From: a virus
Direction: 5' to 3' (one strand)
DNA length: 64,000 bases
Virus record (IMG/VR): IMGVR_UViG_3300008261_003175
Of the stretch, positions 20,956-31,464 are shown one piece after another. The position numbers and the translations under genes are program-made. The notes under the pieces were generated by a model. That model saw nothing but the letters and a program-made list of their open reading frames with translations. It had not been told where the DNA came from and ran no database searches. Position 1 is the first letter of the stretch; each line of letters begins with the position of its first letter.

Positions 20956-21195
20956 ATGGGAAAAATTACAGATGAAGAATTAGGACAAATAGAATTGATA
21001 AAGCAACAGAGTTTGGAAGTTGCGTCAATTCTTGGAGAACTAACTTATCAAAAACTCAGTTTGGAAAACCAAATAGAAGAACAGAGACACAAAATAGTAG
21101 AAATAAAAAAATCAGAATCCGAACTATTTTTACAACTGAGAGAAAAATACGGAAATATCACCATAAATATCGAAACTGGGGAATTCAATCAGTAA
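20956..21195 (+). CDS. hypothetical coiled-coil protein
   Basis: 79 aa; C-terminus LREKYGNITINIETGEF; directly upstream of the sheath. Confidence 0.75.
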   Translation: MGKITDEELGQIELIKQQSLEVASILGELTYQKLSLENQIEEQRHKIVEIKKSESELFLQLREKYGNITINIETGEFNQ

Positions 21196-21253
21196 TTTGA
21201 CCAAAGCGGCGATATTTATTATCAGATCCAAAACTATAAATTAATATAAAAAC

Positions 21254-23011
21254 ATGGCTGAAACATTAATATCACCAGGAGTTTTCCTAACGGAAAACGA
21301 TATGAGTCAAATAACTCAAGGTCCAATAGCAGCAGGAGCTGCGTTGTTAGGTCCCACAGTTACAGGTCCAGTAAACATACCAACTCAAGTTACTTCGTAT
21401 TCTGAATATAAAGCGATATTCGGAGCCGCATTCGTCTCTGGAGGCACTTCTCAAGAGTATTTAACGAGCATGGCGGCTTTGAATTACTTTGAACAAGGCG
21501 GAGATTCTCTTCTTGTAACCAGAGTAGTTTCTGGAACTTATACAGCTGCAACGGCTTCTATTGGAAACTTTGCAGGCACTACGTCTTTTCAACTAGAGGC
21601 TTTATCATTTGGTGTAATAATGAATAACGCAACAGCTTCAGCGCCCTCTGGATTATTACAATCTGGATCAACGTCTAACATTCGTTGGGAAGTAGTAAGT
21701 TCAAACTCAGGATCAGGTATATTCAGCTTAATCATAAGAAGAGGAGACGATTATAACAATAGTAAAACTATTTTAGAAACGTGGAATGGACTTTCTTTAG
21801 ATCCAAATCAACCAAACTATGTATCATATATCATAGGAGACCAAACTCAAACAGTACAAACTGACGAATTTGGCAATAGTTATTTACAATATAGCGGATC
21901 ATACACAAATAAATCAAAATACGTTAGAGTAAGAGCAGTTAACACTCCAATGCCTAATTATTTTAATACAGCAGGAGTTGTAAATAGCGCTTATACGGCT
22001 TCTATGCCAAGAGTAGGTAGCGGATCTTTAAATGGAGGTTTCGCAACGGCTACAGGAAATATTTGGGGTTGTTTTAATCAAGCTGCTTTAAATTTATATG
22101 AAGCAGTACCTAATACCACATCAACAGTTAGTACAACCACAACAAATATTCAAGGCGTATTCCCTGATTCTTACACTGTTCCACTTAGTTTGTTATCGAA
22201 TCAAGACGCTTACGATTTTAACGTGATATATGCACCAGGTTTAACCATGGTTAATGCAGCTTCGACTGTAAATAGCATAATTACTTTAGCTCAAGATAGA
22301 GGCGATTGTATCGCAGTGGTTGATACAGTTGGATACGGTCAAAGCATGACACAAGCGACTACTCAAGCGCAATCGTACGATAATTCGTATGCTGCAACAT
22401 ATTGGCCGTGGGTGCAACTTAGAAGTCGAGAAACGGGAAAACTTAATTTTGTTCCTCCTTCTACATTGATCCCAGCTATTTACGAATATAACGATAAAGT
22501 ATCTGCAGAATGGTTCGCACCAGCGGGTCTCAACAGAGGAGGTCTTTCGACCGTATTGCAACCAGAAAGAAGGTTGAGCGTTAATGATAGAAACTTCTTG
22601 TACGCAGGAAAAGTAAATCCAATCGCTACATTCCCTGGAGTTGGAACGGTTGTATACGGTCAAAAAACTTTGCAATCAAAAGCATCAGCTCTTGATAGAG
22701 TGAACGTTAGAAGATTGTTGATTTCTCTTAAGAGGTATATAAAACAAATATCAAATAACCTTGTATTCGAACCAAATACAACTGTAACTAGAAATAAATT
22801 CTTGAATCAAGTTAATCCATATTTGGAATTTGTACAACAAAAGCAAGGTCTTTACGCATTCCAAGTTGTAATGGACGAAACAAATAATACTCCTGACGTA
22901 ATAGACAGAAATCAATTGGTAGGAGCTATATATTTACAGCCTACAAGGACTGCAGAATTCATTCAACTAGACTTTAACATTTTGCCAACTGGAGCATCAT
23001 TTGGACAATAA
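21254..23011 (+). CDS. gp18: contractile tail sheath protein, copy 1
   Basis: SPGV N-terminus, YWPW, WFAPAGLNRG, VNPIATFPG, GQKTL, DRVNVRRL, FEPN. Confidence 0.95.
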   Translation: MAETLISPGVFLTENDMSQITQGPIAAGAALLGPTVTGPVNIPTQVTSYSEYKAIFGAAFVSGGTSQEYLTSMAALNYFEQGGDSLLVTRVVSGTYTAATASIGNFAGTTSFQLEALSFGVIMNNATASAPSGLLQSGSTSNIRWEVVSSNSGSGIFSLIIRRGDDYNNSKTILETWNGLSLDPNQPNYVSYIIGDQTQTVQTDEFGNSYLQYSGSYTNKSKYVRVRAVNTPMPNYFNTAGVVNSAYTASMPRVGSGSLNGGFATATGNIWGCFNQAALNLYEAVPNTTSTVSTTTTNIQGVFPDSYTVPLSLLSNQDAYDFNVIYAPGLTMVNAASTVNSIITLAQDRGDCIAVVDTVGYGQSMTQATTQAQSYDNSYAATYWPWVQLRSRETGKLNFVPPSTLIPAIYEYNDKVSAEWFAPAGLNRGGLSTVLQPERRLSVNDRNFLYAGKVNPIATFPGVGTVVYGQKTLQSKASALDRVNVRRLLISLKRYIKQISNNLVFEPNTTVTRNKFLNQVNPYLEFVQQKQGLYAFQVVMDETNNTPDVIDRNQLVGAIYLQPTRTAEFIQLDFNILPTGASFGQ

Positions 23012-23029
23012 ATAAAATAAATTATTTAA

Positions 23030-25126
23030 ATGGCTGAAACATTAATATCACCAGGAGTTTTCCTAACGGAAAACGATATGAGCCAAATAACTCAAGGTCC
23101 AATAGCGGCAGGAGCCGCTCTTATAGGACCGACAGTATTTGGTCCGGTGAATATACCCACAGTAGTAACCTCTTATTCAGAATATAAAGCTCTATTTGGA
23201 ACTGCGTTCATATCAGGTGGCACTAACTATGAGTATCTAACTAGTATAGCAGCTTTAAATTATTTCGAACAAGGAGGAACATCTTTACTTATAACAAGAG
23301 TTGTATCAGGATCTTATACTCCAGCAATTGCTGAAATTCCATGCGGTATTGCTGGAAAATATGCAAATGCTTCTGCAACTCCTACATTCGATGATGGTGC
23401 GTTTTTTCAATTAACTGGCTCAAGCCTGGGTAGATTTTATGTGACTTCTAGTCGAACGCAAATAGACTCAGCTCCGAACTACTACGTTGTAACTGGAAGT
23501 ACAGCTACTTTAACTGTACAAAATATAGCAAGCAAAATAAATTCGCTATCGTCTATTTTTAATATAATAGCTACAGGCAGTTCTACTAATCTATTTTTAA
23601 CATCGAGTTTAATAGGAACAATAGGAAATAGCTTTAGATTTGTAACTGCGTCTAGCGCGACTAATTTAGTTGGTGGTGTAAATCCTAGTGCTAGTTTTGT
23701 GTTAGAAACTGTATCTGTAGGACAAGGTATGGATAATTGGGCAGGAACAGGTAGTATATCTAATCAGATATTGCCTAGCGGATCTAATATGAACATTCGT
23801 TGGGAAGTAGTAAGTTCAAACTCTGGATCTGGTGTATTTAGTTTGATTATAAGAAGAGGAGACGACTACAGTAATAGCAAAACTATTTTAGAAACATGGA
23901 ATGGTCTTTCTTTGGATCCAAACCAGCCTAACTATATAGCGGCTGTGATAGGAGATCAAACTCGAACAGTGCAGACTGACGAGTTCGGTAATAGCTATTT
24001 GCAGTTGAGTGGAAATTATAGAAACGTTTCTAGATACGTTAGAGTGAAAAGCGTAAATTATCCAACTCCTAACTATTTTGATGGTTCAGGAACTGTACAA
24101 TCAAATTATACGGCTTCTATGCCTTTGGTCGGATTGGGTTTAGCAAATGGAGCATTTTCAGGATCTCTTGGACCTATATATGGATGCTATGAAAAAGCAG
24201 CATTAAATATGTTTGAAGCAATACCAACAGTTACATCTGTTGGAACTAACGCATCAACTAATATACAAGGCATATCGGAAACAGATTATTCTACAGCTAT
24301 AAGCTTGTTATCGAATCAAGACGCTTACGATTTTAACGTCTTATTTGCGCCTGGATTAAATTCACAGAACGCAACTTCTACTATATCGAGCTTGATAAGT
24401 TTATCTCAAACAAGAGGAGATAATATTTCTATAGTAGATATGACTTCATACGGTCAAAGCATGACACAGGCCACTATTCAAGCTCAATCATACGATAATT
24501 CCTATGCAGCAGTATACTGGCCGTGGGTACAAATCAGAAGCAGAGAAACAGGCAAATTAAATTTCGTTCCAGCTTCTACTCTTATACCTGCAATTTATGA
24601 ATATAATGATAAAGTTTCTGCTGAGTGGTTTGCTCCTGCTGGATCAAATAGAGGAAAAATATCTATAGCAATCAAACCAGAGAGATCGTTAACTTTGAAT
24701 GATAGAAATTTCTTGTACTCAGGAAAAGTAAATCCTATAGCAATATTTCCAACAGACGGAGTGGTAGTATATGGTCAAAAAACCCTACAAGCAAAAGCTT
24801 CTGCTCTAGATAGAGTAAATGTAAGAAGATTGTTAATCTCTTTGAAGAGAGCAATAAAGCAAATATCAGAAAATTTGGTATTCGAACCAAATACAACTGT
24901 AACTAGAAATAAATTCTTGAACCAGGTTAATCCCTATTTAGAATACGTTCAACAAAAACAGGGGTTGTATTCTTTTCAAGTTGTAATGGACGAAACAAAT
25001 AATACTCCTGATGTAATCGATAGGAATCAATTAGTGGGAGCTATATATTTACAACCTACGAAAGTGGCAGAATTTGTACAACTAGATTTTAATATCTTGC
25101 CTACAGGCGCAACATTTGGACAATAA
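23030..25126 (+). CDS. gp18: contractile tail sheath protein, copy 2 (with extra inserted domain)
   Basis: Same sheath motifs; first 31 aa identical to copy 1; about 110 aa longer. Confidence 0.95.
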   Translation: MAETLISPGVFLTENDMSQITQGPIAAGAALIGPTVFGPVNIPTVVTSYSEYKALFGTAFISGGTNYEYLTSIAALNYFEQGGTSLLITRVVSGSYTPAIAEIPCGIAGKYANASATPTFDDGAFFQLTGSSLGRFYVTSSRTQIDSAPNYYVVTGSTATLTVQNIASKINSLSSIFNIIATGSSTNLFLTSSLIGTIGNSFRFVTASSATNLVGGVNPSASFVLETVSVGQGMDNWAGTGSISNQILPSGSNMNIRWEVVSSNSGSGVFSLIIRRGDDYSNSKTILETWNGLSLDPNQPNYIAAVIGDQTRTVQTDEFGNSYLQLSGNYRNVSRYVRVKSVNYPTPNYFDGSGTVQSNYTASMPLVGLGLANGAFSGSLGPIYGCYEKAALNMFEAIPTVTSVGTNASTNIQGISETDYSTAISLLSNQDAYDFNVLFAPGLNSQNATSTISSLISLSQTRGDNISIVDMTSYGQSMTQATIQAQSYDNSYAAVYWPWVQIRSRETGKLNFVPASTLIPAIYEYNDKVSAEWFAPAGSNRGKISIAIKPERSLTLNDRNFLYSGKVNPIAIFPTDGVVVYGQKTLQAKASALDRVNVRRLLISLKRAIKQISENLVFEPNTTVTRNKFLNQVNPYLEYVQQKQGLYSFQVVMDETNNTPDVIDRNQLVGAIYLQPTKVAEFVQLDFNILPTGATFGQ

Positions 25127-25147
25127 ATAAAAATAAAATAAAAAACA

Positions 25148-25525
25148 ATGAACGATAACACAAGAATCAGAATCGCAGTACCAGCTCACCTTTACGAGAG
25201 CGTTAAGAAACAATTAACTCTAAAAGAAGCCAAGCAAAACTTCGGTGCAGGGTATACTCCTGTAAAAGAAAAGAAAATGCCAAGCGAATCTAAACCTAAA
25301 GTTGAAGGTATGAAATCTTCTAAAGCTCAAAAAATGGAAGGAGAAAAAACAGAAAAAACCATTGAAGAGAGATTAGGTCTTTTGGAGAAATTGGTTAAAG
25401 CAATGTCAAAAGGCAAATCAAAAAAGCAAGAGGGAATGGAAGACGAAATTGGCTACGAAGCAGGAGAACAACACCCAGACGATAAACCAGGAATACCAAA
25501 ATCTTTGGCAGGCGAAAAAGATTAG
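25148..25525 (+). CDS. hypothetical charged protein, possibly head-associated
   Basis: 125 aa with LYE, LKE and KME sites. Confidence 0.6.
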   Translation: MNDNTRIRIAVPAHLYESVKKQLTLKEAKQNFGAGYTPVKEKKMPSESKPKVEGMKSSKAQKMEGEKTEKTIEERLGLLEKLVKAMSKGKSKKQEGMEDEIGYEAGEQHPDDKPGIPKSLAGEKD

Positions 25526-25599
25526 TCTGAGAAAAAATAAAAACGTAATATTTATTATTACATAACAAAATTAATAAAACAATATAAATTATAAATAAC

Positions 25600-26085
25600 A
25601 TGCCAGTATTGGATCCAAATGAAATCATGTTTACAGCTTTTGAACCTACTGTTAATAACAGGTTCATCATGTATATCGACGGCATTCCGTCCTACTTGAT
25701 TAAAAAAGCTGATGCTCCCGGTATTACTTTAAACGAGATCAAGATAGATCACATGAATGTATACCGTAAGTTGAAAGGAAAAGCGGAGTGGAAGGACTTG
25801 AGTCTTTCTCTTTACAACCCGATTTCTCCTTCCGGTCAACAAGCCGTTATGGAATGGGTGCGTTTGCATCACGAGTCAGTAACTGGAAGAAACGGTTACT
25901 CAGACTTCTACAAGAAAGATTTGAACTTGTCGATCATCGGTCCTGTTGGAGATGTTGTATCTGAGTGGATCATCAAAGGAGCATTCATTAAAGAAGCGTC
26001 TTTCGGATCTTACGATTGGTCTAACTCAGATCCTACTGAATTGGCAATCTCAATCGGAATGGATTATTGTATTTTGAACTACTGA
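25600..26085 (+). CDS. gp19: tail tube protein (gp19-like)
   Basis: FEP..NRF, KGKAEWKD, VMEW, YKKD, W.IKGAF pattern; follows the sheath genes. Confidence 0.9.
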   Translation: MPVLDPNEIMFTAFEPTVNNRFIMYIDGIPSYLIKKADAPGITLNEIKIDHMNVYRKLKGKAEWKDLSLSLYNPISPSGQQAVMEWVRLHHESVTGRNGYSDFYKKDLNLSIIGPVGDVVSEWIIKGAFIKEASFGSYDWSNSDPTELAISIGMDYCILNY

Positions 26086-26135
26086 TGCTTAATTATTAGA
26101 ATATTTGCATACTTAATTACTAACGAACTAAAAAG

Positions 26136-26162
26136 AAAGCCTTCCACTTGGAAGGTTTTTTT
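26136..26162 (+). terminator. intrinsic terminator after the tube gene
   Basis: AAAGCCTTCC-ACTT-GGAAGGTTTT plus T-run. Confidence 0.8.
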
Positions 26163-26209
26163 ATGCGGGAAACTTTAATAGTTTATATTTATAAATAAAC
26201 AAATAATTT

Positions 26210-26965
26210 ATGACACATCAAGGTTTTACACTTCCCACAGAAACGGTAAAATTACCATCAAAGGGACTAGTTTACGCAAAAGAAAATCCCCTATCCTCAG
26301 GAGAAATAGAAATGAAATACATGACAGCCAAAGAAGAGGATATTTTAACAAATCAAAACTATATATCGCAAGGCATAGTTTTTGATAAACTGTTTCAATC
26401 AATGATCGTTAGCAAAATTAACTACGACGATTTGATCGCAGGAGACAAGAACGCTATTCTCATGGCAGCAAGAATTTTAGGTTATGGAAAAGATTATCCC
26501 ATTACGTATCCTAATCCTGAAAATGGCAAGAACGAGGAGTTCGTGGTTGATTTAACAAGATTTGATCACAAAGAAGTAGATTTTTCTATATTCAATAACA
26601 AGAATGAATTCGAATATACTTTGCCAAAATCAGGAAACACTGTTACTTTTAAATTATTAGATGGATCTGACGATAGAACGATAGAGAGAGAAATAAAATC
26701 TCTAAAAAAAGCAAATATATCTAACGAAATGACTCTTAGATTAAAACAGCAAATTCTATCTATAAATGGAAATCCTGATAAAAAAATTATTAGAGAATTC
26801 GTAGACACAGGGCTTCTAGCGGCAGATGCTTTAGCTCTTAGAAAATATATCAAAGAAATATCTCCGGACATCAATATGACGTTTACGTTCGTCGGATCTA
26901 CAGGATACACAGAGGAGGGTGTATCTTTGCCAGTTGGACTTTCCTTTTTTTACCCTCAACTCTGA
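26210..26965 (+). CDS. baseplate hub assembly / tail assembly chaperone (gp26-like)
   Basis: LPSKG, MTAKEEDIL, R...YG.DY motifs; ends GLSFFYPQL; lies between tube and tape measure. Confidence 0.75.
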   Translation: MTHQGFTLPTETVKLPSKGLVYAKENPLSSGEIEMKYMTAKEEDILTNQNYISQGIVFDKLFQSMIVSKINYDDLIAGDKNAILMAARILGYGKDYPITYPNPENGKNEEFVVDLTRFDHKEVDFSIFNNKNEFEYTLPKSGNTVTFKLLDGSDDRTIEREIKSLKKANISNEMTLRLKQQILSINGNPDKKIIREFVDTGLLAADALALRKYIKEISPDINMTFTFVGSTGYTEEGVSLPVGLSFFYPQL

Positions 26966-27230
26966 GTATAGAAAAAACGTATTTGAGTCGATTCACGATA
27001 TCGTATTTCATGGAAAAGGAGGATACGATTGGCAGACTGCGTACAATATGCCCATTTGGCTTAGACGATTTACTCACAAATCTATATCGGACTTTTATGC
27101 AAAAGAAAAAGAAGAGTACGAAAAACATTCTGGAAAAAAGAAAATCGATCCAAATAATCCAATAAAAGAAAATTTACCAAATGTAAATGTTCCAGATTTT
27201 GTTTCTAAATTAAAATCCTCAAAAAAATAG
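26919..27230 (+). CDS. downstream chaperone frame (gp51-like), probably reached by frameshift
   Basis: YNMPIWLRRF motif; no good independent start; overlaps the upstream ORF in the +1 frame across a T7 run at 26945..26951. Confidence 0.6.
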   Translation: MYLCQLDFPFFTLNSEYRKNVFESIHDIVFHGKGGYDWQTAYNMPIWLRRFTHKSISDFYAKEKEEYEKHSGKKKIDPNNPIKENLPNVNVPDFVSKLKSSKK

Positions 27231-27269
27231 TTTTGCAAAATATTTATATGAAACGAACTATTAATATAA

Positions 27270-29651
27270 ATGGCAGAAAATAGTAATAATCCTCAGCAGT
27301 CAGCAGCAAATGCGGCTAAATTTACGAAACAGCAATTTGAAGAGTTAAGGGTCTTATCTAAAAAACTTGGAGATGAGTTAACAGAGAGTTTTGAGCAATA
27401 TACAAAAAGAATGCCGACTGAACAAGCATTAAAAGATTTACGATCAATGCGTAAAGAAGTTAATGATATGCAAAGCGATTTTGGCGGAGCGGTTAGAATT
27501 TTTAAAGACGCTGTAAAAGAATTCAAAAAGGGAGATCAATATCTACATGATTCTGTTAGTGCCATGAAAAAATTGTCAGACGTTGCAGAAGAATTAAGAA
27601 ATGACCAATCGGGAATAACACAACTGCATCAAAAAGATTTATCTAAAATAATAGAAAAAATTCAAAAGCAGCAACTTCAGTTAACATTGGCTAATAAATT
27701 TGGAAAATTATCAGAAGCTCAAAAAAAAGAAAATGAGAATACTCTAAGATATACTGATTTAATATTAAAAGGTGCGCAACGAAGATTAGCAGAAGAAAAA
27801 GATATAGAAAAAAGAATGGGTATAGCTGGAGTCGCAATGAAAGGATTATCTACGGCTTTAGATAAATTCGGAATGGGCGGCTTACTTCAAATGGATCAGA
27901 TCTCTGAAAAAATGGACGAAGTCGCAAGGGATGGAGGCAGCAAGTGGAAAGTATTGGGAGCCGGGTTAAAAGAATCTTTTAAGTCCGTAGGAGAAGCGTT
28001 AAAAGATCCAACAGTGCTTATAACAGGCATATTCGGTATGCTAAAGGGCATAGTAGATCTAGCATTAAAATATAGAGATCTTCAATTTGAAACAGGCAAA
28101 GCTTTGGGAATGGGAGTGACCGAAGCAGGAAAACTTAGATCAGAATTTAGGCAGATTGCACAAGCAAATAATGATCTGGGTTTGACAGCAGGTCAGTTAG
28201 TTGAAACATACGGTCAATTAAATGATCAGTTGGGTTTTATGGGTCCTACGAATGCAGAATTTCTAACAACTACTGCTGGTATACAAAGAAGAATAGGCGC
28301 TTCAGCAGAGCAGATGGAAAGACTTCAAGCTTTTGCTATGGGCGCTCATAAATCTCTACAAGCAACCTACGCCTCGGTTGTAAATTCAGCTAAAGCAATG
28401 GGAGCAAGATTGAAATTGAACATGTCAGAAAAGCAAATTCTTGATGGCATTAGCAAAGTTTCCGCTGGGGTTCTTTTAAACATGAAGGGAAATATTCCTG
28501 CACTTGCAGCCGCTGTTGTTCAAGCCAAAAAACTTGGCACAACTCTAGACGAAATAAATTCTCAAGGAGAACAAATGCTAGATTTTGAAAGTAGCATGCA
28601 GAAACAGATGGAGTTTCAATTGTTGACTGGTAAAGAAATCGATCTATCGAAAGCTAGGGAACTAGCGTTAAACAACGATACGGTTGGGTTAATGCAAGAA
28701 TTGAATAGATTGGGTTTGAGTCAAACTGAATACGAAAAAATGAACTTCGAGCAAAGAAGATCGTATGCTGAATTACTTGGATTATCTAAAGATAAGGTAG
28801 AAGAAATATATCATCAACAAAGTTTAACGAACGAATTAGGAAAGGAAGCGGGAGAACAATTAAAAGCAGAGTATGATGCTAAAGGAAATTTAATAGGTCA
28901 ACAATCAGCAGCCGATGCTTTAAAAGCCTCTGCTCAAGAAAAGATGACAGCCGCTATAGAAAACATGAAAGAAAAATTAGGAGAAATGCTACAACCTGTA
29001 GCTAAATTAGCAGAACAGTTTTTAGGATGGATAACTAATATAGACAATTTAAAGATGGTATTAGCTGGAGTTCTTACGATAATGGGAGCAATTGGTGTAA
29101 GAGCGATGTTTGTAGGAGCGCAAAAAAAGCAACAATTAGCTACAGAATTACAATTGAGAGCGCTTAATACACAGATGATAGCGCAGGCAGCAGTAATACA
29201 AGCAAAAGCGACAGGGCAAGTAGTTAGTCAAGAAATGGCCGCCACTGCAGCAGGAAAAACAGCAGTTATGAATGCGGCGAACGCGGGAGCTTCCGCTACC
29301 GCAGGAGCCGGTTATCTAGGTCCAGGAGCTTTAGCCGTGGGATTGGCAGTCGTAGGCGGTTTAATGATGATGATAAGTAGTATGGGAGGACCAAGTAAAA
29401 AACCTTCTGCGCAATCAATATCAGCGAGTCTTCCATCTGAAATGTCAAAACCAGTAAATGCAGCAGCTGCAAGCGCTGAAAGCGCAAAACAACTTGGTGG
29501 CGCAGATGCGAATAAATCAAACTGCTCAAACGTTAAAATAAATCTATATCAAGATCCAGTTACAGGCACTACGATAAAATCTACAATTAACGCTGACGGA
29601 AGAGCGAGTTACGACGTAACAAAAAATATAAACCCAGCTCAAAATAAATAA
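27270..29651 (+). CDS. tape measure protein
   Basis: 793 aa, Ala/Gln/Lys/Glu-rich helical protein with hydrophobic segments; canonical position. Confidence 0.8.
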   Translation: MAENSNNPQQSAANAAKFTKQQFEELRVLSKKLGDELTESFEQYTKRMPTEQALKDLRSMRKEVNDMQSDFGGAVRIFKDAVKEFKKGDQYLHDSVSAMKKLSDVAEELRNDQSGITQLHQKDLSKIIEKIQKQQLQLTLANKFGKLSEAQKKENENTLRYTDLILKGAQRRLAEEKDIEKRMGIAGVAMKGLSTALDKFGMGGLLQMDQISEKMDEVARDGGSKWKVLGAGLKESFKSVGEALKDPTVLITGIFGMLKGIVDLALKYRDLQFETGKALGMGVTEAGKLRSEFRQIAQANNDLGLTAGQLVETYGQLNDQLGFMGPTNAEFLTTTAGIQRRIGASAEQMERLQAFAMGAHKSLQATYASVVNSAKAMGARLKLNMSEKQILDGISKVSAGVLLNMKGNIPALAAAVVQAKKLGTTLDEINSQGEQMLDFESSMQKQMEFQLLTGKEIDLSKARELALNNDTVGLMQELNRLGLSQTEYEKMNFEQRRSYAELLGLSKDKVEEIYHQQSLTNELGKEAGEQLKAEYDAKGNLIGQQSAADALKASAQEKMTAAIENMKEKLGEMLQPVAKLAEQFLGWITNIDNLKMVLAGVLTIMGAIGVRAMFVGAQKKQQLATELQLRALNTQMIAQAAVIQAKATGQVVSQEMAATAAGKTAVMNAANAGASATAGAGYLGPGALAVGLAVVGGLMMMISSMGGPSKKPSAQSISASLPSEMSKPVNAAAASAESAKQLGGADANKSNCSNVKINLYQDPVTGTTIKSTINADGRASYDVTKNINPAQNK

Positions 29652-29654
29652 GCC

Positions 29655-31448
29655 ATGGCGTTAATAGAATTACTAAATAATAAACCAGATTTTTTCTACT
29701 ATTACGGAGGATCTGGTAATTTTACTCAAAAAAAATTAGAGTATAGTAAAGATAGACCGGGCGGAGGTAGTTCTGGTCTTCCTTACATAAAATTTGGTAT
29801 AGATCCAGATAACGCATCTGATGATCTAAAAAAATATTTTAAATCTAATGCGTACGGATTGGATTTTCCAATACGCGGAGGATCAATAGAATTCAATACA
29901 GAGGCTAACACAACTACCCCATCAAATACTATAGATAAGCAAAGAATACAAGCTTTCATGAAAGACAATCCTCGTGGAGAAATCTTTTTATTAAAGCAAG
30001 TAGGTCTTCAATTATCCAATCCTAAAATACAGACAGGAACAGAACTTTTTTCTATTAATACGAATCAAGTATTTCCATTGCTAGAGAACACTAGAGTTTA
30101 CAATAGAGGCAAAAATACACTAGCTCAAGTAGGAGTACAAGGCACCGGGATCAGAGCGACGAGAGTGGGAATAATTCCTTTTAATCCTATTCAGAATTTT
30201 TATGAGAATACTGTATCTAAGGAAATGCTTATGAGTAACGAAGAAGCTGTATCAAATAATAGATTGCTGATATTGAATAGTTTAAAAATGGTTCAAGAGT
30301 CAAGCAGAGAATCTGTTAGAGTTTCTTTTGCGAAAGAAGCAAAACAAATAAGTCAACTTGGTATAGCTTACAATAGAAATATACTGTTCGAATATCTAGG
30401 AGGGCCAGGATCAGTATACGGAATAGGCAGAACAACTGTGAGAAGATCAAAAAGTTCAGATACTACAAAGGCCATAGAAAGTCCTGTTCCGATGACTACA
30501 TTAGCTATGAGTTATGAAAAAATTAGAAATCAAAATTCAGCTAGACCTCAAGGAGATCTAAGAATCAGCGACTATCAAGATTTTAGATCTAATATAGATG
30601 ACTATTCTGGAAAAAGATTGCGAAATTGGGATAATAAATCTGATTCGTCCGAAAGAATAGATATAAGATTTTTTGATAGCACAGGAAAAGTAGATAAACT
30701 AAACAGTTTCATGCCGTATTTTCAAAGAGACAATTCTTCAACTCCTTGGCAAGACGGTACAGCTCCTGATGATCTAATAAAATTTGGTTTTGAGTGCATA
30801 AGCAATGATAAAAAAAATGAATCAACTTTTATTCTTTTTAGAGCGTTTCTGGGTTCGATAAGCGATAACAATCAAGCGAGTTTGAATGCCTTTAAATACA
30901 TGGGCAGAGGAGAGAGTTTTTACACATACGGAGGATTTGATAGATCTATATCATTCGGTTTCAAAGTAGTTGCGATGTCTCGAGAAGAATTAATACCTAA
31001 TTACGAAAAGTTAAATTATCTAATTTCTCAAACATATCCAGATTATCATCCTGTAACAGGAATAATGAGAGCTCCTCTAATAAAGCTCACAATAGGAGAT
31101 CACTTGTCAAGCGTACCCGGATTTTTGGAGTCTGTAAATATGACTATTGATCAAAATTCACCTTGGGAAATTGAAGACGGAGTTCAGTTGGCGCATTACA
31201 TAGACGTTACGGTTTCGTTTAAACCTATTTTCAAAGAACTTCCACAAAGATCTACAGATGGAAAGAACAATACGAGTATAATATCAGCTATTTTACCGAA
31301 CAATAATCTTTCTCCTGTTGATAATAATCAACTTTCACCCGTTGTGACAAGCGCAGAGAGAATTACATTTGAAAGACCTACTATTTCAACAGCTTTAGCA
31401 GTGCCTCCTTCTACAATAAATTTTGAAAATATAGTTAGAGCGCTATAA
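29655..31448 (+). CDS. baseplate / tail-tube initiator protein
   Basis: C-terminal tube-like fold (YMGRGESFYTYGGFDRSISFGF, APLIKLTIGD, PWEI). Confidence 0.6.
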   Translation: MALIELLNNKPDFFYYYGGSGNFTQKKLEYSKDRPGGGSSGLPYIKFGIDPDNASDDLKKYFKSNAYGLDFPIRGGSIEFNTEANTTTPSNTIDKQRIQAFMKDNPRGEIFLLKQVGLQLSNPKIQTGTELFSINTNQVFPLLENTRVYNRGKNTLAQVGVQGTGIRATRVGIIPFNPIQNFYENTVSKEMLMSNEEAVSNNRLLILNSLKMVQESSRESVRVSFAKEAKQISQLGIAYNRNILFEYLGGPGSVYGIGRTTVRRSKSSDTTKAIESPVPMTTLAMSYEKIRNQNSARPQGDLRISDYQDFRSNIDDYSGKRLRNWDNKSDSSERIDIRFFDSTGKVDKLNSFMPYFQRDNSSTPWQDGTAPDDLIKFGFECISNDKKNESTFILFRAFLGSISDNNQASLNAFKYMGRGESFYTYGGFDRSISFGFKVVAMSREELIPNYEKLNYLISQTYPDYHPVTGIMRAPLIKLTIGDHLSSVPGFLESVNMTIDQNSPWEIEDGVQLAHYIDVTVSFKPIFKELPQRSTDGKNNTSIISAILPNNNLSPVDNNQLSPVVTSAERITFERPTISTALAVPPSTINFENIVRAL

Positions 31449-31464
31449 AATAAAAAATCAACAA

